Positions 49,155 through 57,033 of a DNA stretch of 64,000 bases are shown piece by piece. Under the pieces are notes generated by a model that worked only from the letters and a program-made list of their open reading frames with translations, was not told the DNA's origin and did not search any database. Numbering within the stretch: the first letter of the stretch is position 1; the number at the start of each line of letters is the position of its first letter. The position numbers were made by a program, and so were the translations under genes. This stretch comes from Candidatus Latescibacterota bacterium (GTDB lineage Bacteria > Latescibacterota > UBA2968 > UBA8231), in assembly GCA_965203175.1 (NCBI GenBank), contig OZ241867.1, forward strand, positions 1,920,001-1,984,000, given 5' to 3'.

Positions 49155-51272
49155 ATGCTTAAGAATACAGTATCCTCAAGACAGGTCATCTTAATTTGGA
49201 TTGGAGTCCTGTCCCTCTGCCGTTGGGCAGTCGCGCTGGAGACGGTGAGTCTTGGAGAGAACGGCTCCCTCAACTGGCGCGGTGAAGGTTCGTCCTCGGT
49301 GGAGACTATCGAGCCTCAGTACCGATCCCTTTTCCAAGACGACGATGTGCCGGGCGTGGAACTGGAGGTGGGCAACTCACCCGGCAGTTTGATCGAGTTT
49401 GAGAGCGACCAATTCCCCGGTAGTATCCATCCTCTGCGCATTCCAGATGGCGAGAATATCGCCAATACCGCCCTAGGACGCGGGGGTGGTATAGAAGCAC
49501 CCAATGTCTTGGACTTGGGTGGCTTCACCTCCGGCATTTTTGACAAAAAGGACCTGGAGATCACCTTGGAGGAACTCATCAAAACGGATGACGGCGGTGA
49601 ACTAAAAGCGTTCGAACGCAAGAATTACAATGCCTTGGGGACCCTAATATTCGTCGAGTTGGGGGGACTCTTTGGGGTGAATCGCGTTCGCTTCTATCCC
49701 CGCAATACGGTTTTCCCATCGCCTACCACCCCATTCCACAACGATTTTTTGCGGGCCTTTGAACTGTTCACCAACGACGGCAGCCAGACCGAAGGAGGCA
49801 ATCTCATCTGGGAGCCACTGCTCCTAGAACCCGATAACGAGAATCCAGTTGTCGATGTAATTATTGATCCACCGCGTTCTGTCAAAGCCCTGCGCTTGCG
49901 GGCGACGACCACGGTCAACTACGAGATCGACGAGTTTGAGGTATTCGGTACGGGCTTTTTGTCCAACGCCGAGTATATTTCACCTATTTTCGATGCGGGC
50001 CAACCTGCGGTGTGGAACGTACTCCGCTGGCAGGAAGAAGCAATTGGCGATCCTTCCTTTTCCAATATCCAGATTCGCACCCGCACAGGTAGGGATACTA
50101 ACCCACTTGTCTTTACTCGTCTGCTCTACGGCCAGCGCAATCCCACAGAAATTTCGCTCTCGGTAAATAACCTGGAACAGGAAATGGATTTGGCAGAGTA
50201 CAAATCGCTGCCGCTCGACGACGAATTGGGGCGCCGATGGGAGCACGGACCGGTTCGGGAAGATCTAGTCAACTGGAGTCCGTTCAGCACGCCGCTTCCC
50301 GCCAGTGCAGCCAACGATACGGCGGGCACACCCATTACCTCACCCGGGCCGCGGCGCTATTTTCAGTTTCGAGTAATTTTCAACAGTAGCGATCTGGATG
50401 CAGGGCGGGTGCTCAAGAGCTTGAGTTTTGATGTGCTGGCACCCCCTCTAGCCGATGCCGTTATCGGCGAAATTTTTCCCCGGGATGTGCCAGTTTCCCA
50501 GAGTACGTCCTTCACCTATGCCCTGCGCACCGAGGCTCAGTCCGACGGCTTGCTCGGTTTTGACACAGTGAAGATTTCCACAGTCAGCCAAGTGGAAAGC
50601 ATCGACAGTATAGAAATGAGGGATTCCAGCGGCCAAATCATCGCTGAGCGGACTTTTGCTGGTCTAGATGATTCGTCTATTGAGGAGGGGTTCCAGATCG
50701 TCTCGGTATCCCCTGCCAGTTTTTCGGTGCGTCTGCCGCCGGTGAGCGAAGATAATATCGTGATTCTCCTCCGCTTTCAGACCGGAGTCTTGATATATAG
50801 TACAAACTTCACTGGTTCGGTCCTGCTCTCCACCGAACTAGGGGCTTCGCAGGCCATTATTCCGGGCGATGCAGTTTTGTTGGGTGAAGGGGACGAGGCC
50901 GATTTATCCGGTACCACAGTGCTTAGTCCCTCGGTACTCGAAAAGACCCAACTGCTCGACCAAATACTTATCGAACCCAGTATCTTTAGCCCCAACGGAG
51001 ACGGAGCTAATGATGTGATGGGGATGAGCTACAATCTGCTATCCTTGAGTATCGTCCGACCTGTGGCAATTGGGGTGTACGATTTAAGCGGACGCCAGAT
51101 CCGGGTCATCCACGACGGACCCGAGACCAATGGGCAGTACGCGGACAAGACCTGGGACGGCCGCAATGAGCATGGGCAGCTAGTGCCGCCGGGACTTTAC
51201 CTCGTGCACATCAAAGTCAAGGGAGACGCCAAGGTCGAGGAAAGGGCCCACATTGTGGGAGTGGTCTACTAA
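49155..51272 (+). CDS. Secreted protein of the RTRTG/WSP family with CHU_C/FlgD-Ig C-terminal domain
   Basis: Signal peptide, VNRVRFYPR, IRTRTG, WSPFS, SPGPRRYFQF, GEIFP, FSPNGDGAND, VPPGLY. Confidence 0.8.
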   Translation: MLKNTVSSRQVILIWIGVLSLCRWAVALETVSLGENGSLNWRGEGSSSVETIEPQYRSLFQDDDVPGVELEVGNSPGSLIEFESDQFPGSIHPLRIPDGENIANTALGRGGGIEAPNVLDLGGFTSGIFDKKDLEITLEELIKTDDGGELKAFERKNYNALGTLIFVELGGLFGVNRVRFYPRNTVFPSPTTPFHNDFLRAFELFTNDGSQTEGGNLIWEPLLLEPDNENPVVDVIIDPPRSVKALRLRATTTVNYEIDEFEVFGTGFLSNAEYISPIFDAGQPAVWNVLRWQEEAIGDPSFSNIQIRTRTGRDTNPLVFTRLLYGQRNPTEISLSVNNLEQEMDLAEYKSLPLDDELGRRWEHGPVREDLVNWSPFSTPLPASAANDTAGTPITSPGPRRYFQFRVIFNSSDLDAGRVLKSLSFDVLAPPLADAVIGEIFPRDVPVSQSTSFTYALRTEAQSDGLLGFDTVKISTVSQVESIDSIEMRDSSGQIIAERTFAGLDDSSIEEGFQIVSVSPASFSVRLPPVSEDNIVILLRFQTGVLIYSTNFTGSVLLSTELGASQAIIPGDAVLLGEGDEADLSGTTVLSPSVLEKTQLLDQILIEPSIFSPNGDGANDVMGMSYNLLSLSIVRPVAIGVYDLSGRQIRVIHDGPETNGQYADKTWDGRNEHGQLVPPGLYLVHIKVKGDAKVEERAHIVGVVY

Positions 51273-51356
51273 TCGCTCCGCAGCCAAAACGGCTTAAGAT
51301 CCTGATCGTCGGTCTTGCTCATTAATTGTCTACTCCGCACCAGCAAGGAGCGAGTT

Positions 51357-53522
51357 ATGACAGGCATCGTGTTGCTCTGTTTTTGCGGCGTCTTGCTGGG
51401 TGCTGCGCCCGTGTTGGGGGGGACGGAATACCGCTTAGGTGGGACCGATGGCAACCCTTGGCAGGCCATCCTGACCGGAGAAAGCATGTACCAGGCCTTT
51501 GCTGCCGACGGCCAAGTCGAGCGCCAAGTGTCCGTGGGAATCTCGCCCTTTGGTGTGGGGGCCGATACCTTGATCGACTTTTCCAGCACCTCAATCCAAC
51601 CTCGGCTTATTGACCCATCCGTCAATATCGCCCGGGCCGATGTCAATGCCGGCAGAACCACCATCCCTTTGCCCTATATCCCCGGCTCTAGGGTCCTCAG
51701 CACGGATCACTGTATTGCCTGGGGCAATTTTCAGCCTTCGATCAAGCTGATGCTGGATGGCGATCCGACCACGGCTGCCTTCCGCACCTTTGTCCAAAAG
51801 GAGGGGGCTCCGCCGGGCGTAGGATCTACCTGGACCAATTCCGTAGTATTCGATTTCGGCGCGGGTGTGCCCATCAATCGCATCCGCTTCTTCCCCCGTC
51901 TGAGTCGGAGGGAGGATCACCAGTTGATCCAGACTATGGACGCGCCCACGCCGGAGGTGGATATCTTCGGCGAAGACAGCTTCTTGGCCAACTTCCTCGC
52001 TTGGTATGAAATCCGCACCGGCGACAACTCCATCGTCTTTGCCCCGGACCCCTGTAGCGGTAGCGGCAGCCTCACCTGCAGCGTGTGTAAAGCGGGAATT
52101 TCCAGCGATGTAGCGACGAGCAAGCGGCGCACCGTTTTGGGCGACTTGCGGTGGGTGCGCAATGGCGATCCCCTGCTGACGGTGCTCGAATCCACCCGTG
52201 AAAACCTCGATCCCATCGTCGATATGCACTTTCCCACGCGCTCGACCCGCTGGCTCACCCTGCGCACTTTTCCCCTGCGCGACTATGAAATCGCCGAATT
52301 CGAAATCTACGGCGACGGCTACGTCCACGAGACGACCTACCTAACGCCCATCCTCGACTTCGGACAAGCCGTCACCTGGGGCAAAATACGCTGGGAAGGC
52401 GACATGCCCGACGGCACCCGCATTCAGATTCGCACCCGCACTGGCCACACCCCCGATCCCCAACTTTACTTCGCACCCAATATCAACGACGAACTCATAC
52501 TCATCACCCGCGCCCAATACGACAAAATCGACAAAGCCGCTCAACTGCTGCCCACCTACGATGCCGACAACTGGAGCTTCTGGTCGCCACCCTACGACTT
52601 TGCCGCTGGCCTGCGCAACCCCAACCAGCCGGCCAGCGCCTGGCAGGACGGCATGCTGCTTTTGTCGCCCGGTCCCAGCCGATACATCCAAATCGCCATC
52701 AAGCTCTTCGCCGACTTCCATGTGGCCCCGCGCCTGGACCAACTCACCTTGCAGTTGAGCGAAACCCTGTCGGCGCAAGCGCTCGTCGGCGAGATCTGGC
52801 CTATCGAGGTTTCCTCGTTTGAACCCACGCCTTTTACCTATGTGGTCTTGCCCACCCTCAGCGACGACAACGCCGGCTTTGACCGCCTGGAAATCCTCAC
52901 CCATGTCCAAGCCCACGCCGTACGCGCCGTGCGCATCGATGGCCAGCCGGTAGACTTAGACCAGTTCGTCCCGGATCTGCTCGATGATCGCCTGATTGTG
53001 TCCTTCCCACCGCTGGCGGGCAGCGCCGACAACTTCAAGCAGATCGAGGTCGACTTCGACGTGCCAGTGCTGCGCTTTGGCACCGAGTTCAGCGGCTGGG
53101 TGTTCAACAGCACAGATCCCGATCAGATCCGCCAGCGGATCGATCCGGGCAATGCCACCTTCCGCTTTGCCGGCGACTTGCTGGCGGTCAACACGCCGGT
53201 GGGAGGCGATCTGCTGGTGGATGTGCAGGTGCCCGAGGTGTTCACCCCCAACGGCGATGGGATCAACGAGACGTTGACCATCACCTACAAGCTGCGCGAG
53301 GTCACTGCCGAGCGGCCGGTGCAGGTGCGCATCTACGACTTGGCGGGTCGGCTGGTGGCGCATTTGCCCGTGCTCAAGGTGCGCAGCGGGGTCTTCATCC
53401 AGGAGTGGAATGGCCGCGACGAACAGGACGCGTTGGTGCAGCCCGGCACCTATATCTACGAATTGACGCTCGATTCCGAGGAGCAATACACCCAACGAGG
53501 CGTCTTTGCCATCGCCTATTGA
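51357..53522 (+). CDS. Secreted RTRTG/WSP-family protein, copy 1 (721 aa)
   Basis: ATG 51357 after AAGGAG. INRIRFFPR, IRTRTG, WSFWS, GEIWP, FTPNGDGINE. Confidence 0.85.
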   Translation: MTGIVLLCFCGVLLGAAPVLGGTEYRLGGTDGNPWQAILTGESMYQAFAADGQVERQVSVGISPFGVGADTLIDFSSTSIQPRLIDPSVNIARADVNAGRTTIPLPYIPGSRVLSTDHCIAWGNFQPSIKLMLDGDPTTAAFRTFVQKEGAPPGVGSTWTNSVVFDFGAGVPINRIRFFPRLSRREDHQLIQTMDAPTPEVDIFGEDSFLANFLAWYEIRTGDNSIVFAPDPCSGSGSLTCSVCKAGISSDVATSKRRTVLGDLRWVRNGDPLLTVLESTRENLDPIVDMHFPTRSTRWLTLRTFPLRDYEIAEFEIYGDGYVHETTYLTPILDFGQAVTWGKIRWEGDMPDGTRIQIRTRTGHTPDPQLYFAPNINDELILITRAQYDKIDKAAQLLPTYDADNWSFWSPPYDFAAGLRNPNQPASAWQDGMLLLSPGPSRYIQIAIKLFADFHVAPRLDQLTLQLSETLSAQALVGEIWPIEVSSFEPTPFTYVVLPTLSDDNAGFDRLEILTHVQAHAVRAVRIDGQPVDLDQFVPDLLDDRLIVSFPPLAGSADNFKQIEVDFDVPVLRFGTEFSGWVFNSTDPDQIRQRIDPGNATFRFAGDLLAVNTPVGGDLLVDVQVPEVFTPNGDGINETLTITYKLREVTAERPVQVRIYDLAGRLVAHLPVLKVRSGVFIQEWNGRDEQDALVQPGTYIYELTLDSEEQYTQRGVFAIAY

Positions 53523-53630
53523 AAGAAGCATAGAAGAGATTTTGTTTCAAAACGCTGAGCTTGAGTGTATACTTAAATTTCGCAACCTTTGAACTGCACA
53601 CTGTATTGATGAAGCAGCAAGGAGGAAGTT

Positions 53631-55796
53631 ATGGCAGGCATCGTGTTGCTCTGTCTTTGCAGCGTCTTACTCGGTGCTGCGCCCGTGTTAGGGGGGACGG
53701 AATACCGCTTAGGTGGGACCGATGGCAATCCCTGGCAGGCTATCCTGGCCGGGGAAAGCATCTACCAAGCCTTTGCTGCCGACGGTCAAGTCGAGCGCCA
53801 AGTGTCCGTGGGCGTTTCGCCCTTTGGCGTGGGCGCTGATACCTTGATCGACTTTTCCGGCACCTCGATTCAGCCCCGGTTCATTGACCCATCCGTCAAT
53901 ATCGCCCGGGCCGATGTCAATGCCGGGAAGACTATCATTCCCCTGCCCTATATTCCCGGTTCCAGAGTCCTCAGCACAGATCACTGTATTTTCTGGGGCA
54001 ATTTTCAACCTTCGATCAAGCTAATGCTGGATGGCGATCCGACCACGGCCACCTTCCGCACGTTTGTCCAAAAGGAGGGGGCTCCGCCGGGCGTAGGATC
54101 TACCTGGACCAATTCCGTGGTATTCGATTTTGGCGCGGGTGTGCCCATCAATCGCATTCGCTTCTTCCCCCGCCTGAGTCGCAGAGAGGATCACCAGTTG
54201 ATCCAGACTATGGAGACACCTACGCCGGAGGTGGAGATCTTTGGCGAAGACAGCTTCTTGGCCAACTTCCTCGCTTGGTATGAAATCCGCACCGGCGACA
54301 ACTCCATCGTCTTTGCCCCGGACCCCTGTAGCGGTAGCGGTAGTCTCACCTGCGCCGAGTGTAGAGCGGGGGCTTCCGGCACTGTAGCGACGAGCAAGCG
54401 GCGCACCGTTTTGGGCGACTTGCGGTGGGTGCGCAATAGCGATCCCCTGCTGACCGTACTCGAATCTACCCGCGAAAACCTCAATCCCGTCGTCGATATG
54501 CGCTTCCCCACGCGCTCGACCCGTTGGCTCACCTTGCGCACCTTCCCCCTGCGCGACTATGAAATCGCCGAATTCGAAATCTACGGCGACGGCTACGTCC
54601 ACGAGACAACCTACCTAACGCCCATCCTCGACTTCGGACAACCCGTCACTTGGGGCAAAATACGCTGGGAAGGGGACATGCCCGACGGCACCCGCGTCGA
54701 GATTCGCACCCGCACCGGCCACACCCCCGATCCCCAACTTTACTTCGCACCCAATATCAACGACGAGCTTATACCCATCACCCGCACCCAATACGACAAA
54801 ATCGACAAAGCCGCTCAACTGCTGCCCATCTACGATGCCGACAACTGGAGCTTCTGGTCGCCGCCCTACGACTTTGCCGCTGGCCTGCGCAACCCCAACC
54901 AGCCGGCCAGCGCCTGGCAGGACGGCATGCTGCTTTTGTCGCCCGGTCCCAGCCAATACATCCAAATCGCCATCAAGCTCTTCGCCGACTTCAATGCGGC
55001 CCCTCGCCTGGACCAACTCACTCTGCAGTTGAGCGAAACCCTGTCGGCACAGGCGCTCGTCGGCGAGATCTGGCCTATTGAGGTCAACTCCTTTGACCCC
55101 ACGCCCTTTACCTATGTGGTCTTGCCCACCCTCAACGACGACAACGCCGGCTTTGACCGCTTGGAAATCCTCACCCACGTCCGGGTGCATGCGGTGCGTG
55201 CGGTGCGTCTGGATGGGCAGCCGGTGGATCTGGATGCGTTCGTCCCCGACCTGCTCGATGATCGCCTGATTGTGTCCTTCCCGCCGCTGACGGGCAGCGC
55301 CGACAACTTCAAGCAGGTCGAGGTCGACTTTGACGTGCCCGTGCTGCGCTTTGGCACCGAGTTCAGCGGCTGGGTGTTCAACAGCACAGATCCCGATCAG
55401 ATCCGCCAGCGCATTGATCCAGGCAACGCCACGTTCCGCTTTGAGGGCGACTTGCTAGCGGTCAACACGCCGGTAGGGGGCGATCTGTTGGTGGATGTGC
55501 AGGTACCCGAGGTGTTCACCCCCAACGGCGATGGGATCAACGAGACGTTGACCATCACCTACAAGCTGCGCGAGGTCACTGCCGAGCGGCCGGTGCAGGT
55601 GCGCATCTACGACTTGGCGGGTCGGCTGGTGGCGCATTTGCCCGTGCTCAAGGTGCGCAGCGGGGTTTTCATCCAAGAGTGGACCGGCCGCGACGGAGAA
55701 GATGCCTTGGTTCAGCCCGGCACCTATATCTACGAATTGACGCTCGATTCCGAGGAGCAATACACTCAACGAGGCGTCTTTGCCATCGCCTATTGA
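53631..55796 (+). CDS. Secreted RTRTG/WSP-family protein, copy 2 (721 aa)
   Basis: Colinear with copy 1, same length, offset 2274 bp. Confidence 0.85.
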   Translation: MAGIVLLCLCSVLLGAAPVLGGTEYRLGGTDGNPWQAILAGESIYQAFAADGQVERQVSVGVSPFGVGADTLIDFSGTSIQPRFIDPSVNIARADVNAGKTIIPLPYIPGSRVLSTDHCIFWGNFQPSIKLMLDGDPTTATFRTFVQKEGAPPGVGSTWTNSVVFDFGAGVPINRIRFFPRLSRREDHQLIQTMETPTPEVEIFGEDSFLANFLAWYEIRTGDNSIVFAPDPCSGSGSLTCAECRAGASGTVATSKRRTVLGDLRWVRNSDPLLTVLESTRENLNPVVDMRFPTRSTRWLTLRTFPLRDYEIAEFEIYGDGYVHETTYLTPILDFGQPVTWGKIRWEGDMPDGTRVEIRTRTGHTPDPQLYFAPNINDELIPITRTQYDKIDKAAQLLPIYDADNWSFWSPPYDFAAGLRNPNQPASAWQDGMLLLSPGPSQYIQIAIKLFADFNAAPRLDQLTLQLSETLSAQALVGEIWPIEVNSFDPTPFTYVVLPTLNDDNAGFDRLEILTHVRVHAVRAVRLDGQPVDLDAFVPDLLDDRLIVSFPPLTGSADNFKQVEVDFDVPVLRFGTEFSGWVFNSTDPDQIRQRIDPGNATFRFEGDLLAVNTPVGGDLLVDVQVPEVFTPNGDGINETLTITYKLREVTAERPVQVRIYDLAGRLVAHLPVLKVRSGVFIQEWTGRDGEDALVQPGTYIYELTLDSEEQYTQRGVFAIAY

Positions 55797-55810
55797 AATC
55801 GGAATCTTTC

Positions 55811-55838
55811 TTGACACCCTATTCCTTTAGCATTTAAT
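55811..55838 (+). promoter_or_regulatory. Putative sigma70 promoter
   Basis: TTGACA-N16-TTTAAT in an AT-rich intergenic region. Confidence 0.35.
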
Positions 55839-55977
55839 TAGGGCATCTTTCCAGTGGTCCTTTGAATAGAAAGGAGGGGATTTAGGATAAGGATCGGGCT
55901 CGAATCGAGTTGATAGGGGTTTTTTCTCTCCTATCGTCAAGAATCCTTCTCTCTCTAACTGAAAGGTTCATGATAAG

Positions 55978-56880
55978 ATGAAAAGGAAGATAGCTATTTT
56001 GTGCAGTGTCTTTCTCGTCTTTGGGACCATTTCGGTGGCAAATGCACATTTGCCGCCGGGCGAGTTGTTTTTTGCTGCACAATTTCCAGATAACCTAGTT
56101 CCCACTATAGATGGGGACCACAGCGATTGGGACATTCTTCCCGAATCGCCTTATTCGATCTTCAATGATCGGCTTTTCGATCCCGCCCAGTTCCAGCAGG
56201 CGGCTCGTGGTGAGGTCGATATCTCCGATGCCAATATCCGGCACCGGTTTGGCTGGAATGAGAATTCCAACATGATCTACCTCGCCAGCCAAATTTACGA
56301 CAATATCCACAACATCGACCGCCCCTTTGGGAAATGTCACTGCCACGATGACAACTGGGAAATAGAAATCAACCCAGATCATTCTGCCAGTGAAGAGCAA
56401 AACCTCGAAGGGAATCCCGTCAACAACATCAGCTACAAGTGGGTCGTACCACCACTAGATGGGGTTTATCAGTCGATTGAGCCCATCGGCGATCTAGCTT
56501 GGTTGTCGGACGATACCGAGTTCGTCGACATGAGCTGGTCTTTCACCGGTGAACAATTCGGCGAATCGACGTACTTTTACGAGATCCGCCTCATTCCGAT
56601 CGATGCCCTCCCCCGGGAAGGCGCGACCCCGGACAATTCGTCTATCCACGACTTGGAAGAGGAAGAAATCATCCATATGTCGGTAACCATGGGTGATATC
56701 GACGTCGAAGAGGCAAACCACGCCTACAATGGCTTCTGGTCTTTGTCGCCGGAGAGCTGCTGTAAAGGCGTCAACGACTTCGTGATGGCACCTGTCGAGC
56801 CCGCACTGGAAGAACTGTCTGCCGCTACTGCTGTTGAAGAGACCAGTTGGGGGCATATCAAGGCCGGTTTCGACCGCTAG
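55978..56880 (+). CDS. Secreted CBM9/DOMON-like protein with TAVExTSWGxIK C-terminal motif
   Basis: Signal peptide ANA-H, PTIDGD.SDW, W...IYLA..I.D, YEIRL, tail ATAVEETSWGHIKAGFDR. Confidence 0.7.
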   Translation: MKRKIAILCSVFLVFGTISVANAHLPPGELFFAAQFPDNLVPTIDGDHSDWDILPESPYSIFNDRLFDPAQFQQAARGEVDISDANIRHRFGWNENSNMIYLASQIYDNIHNIDRPFGKCHCHDDNWEIEINPDHSASEEQNLEGNPVNNISYKWVVPPLDGVYQSIEPIGDLAWLSDDTEFVDMSWSFTGEQFGESTYFYEIRLIPIDALPREGATPDNSSIHDLEEEEIIHMSVTMGDIDVEEANHAYNGFWSLSPESCCKGVNDFVMAPVEPALEELSAATAVEETSWGHIKAGFDR

Positions 56881-56932
56881 AGGTCCCGATTTAAGCCGTT
56901 ACAATGTCTCCTGGGCAGGATGCCCGGGTTTT

Positions 56933-56980
56933 AAAGCTCCTGTTTCGCGCCATTTACGGGTGGGAAACAGGAGCTTTTTT
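56933..56980 (+). terminator. Rho-independent terminator
   Basis: AAAGCTCCTGTTTC...GAAACAGGAGCTTT followed by a T-run. Confidence 0.8.
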
Positions 56981-57033
56981 ATGCGTCGACCAGCCCTCGT
57001 TGTCTACTGTCCAGATTGATTTCCCTTGGCGTT

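Larger units (their letters stand above)
51341..55798 (+). repeat. Tandem gene duplication (about 51341-53524 and 53615-55798)
   Basis: Similarity starts at the RBS (cagcaaggag) and ends just after the stop (tattgaaa). No indels. Confidence 0.95.

Noticed and set aside
51357-55796. Diversity-generating retroelement TR/VR pair
   Set aside because: Whole-gene duplication, substitutions are not adenine-specific, and no reverse transcriptase is in the window.
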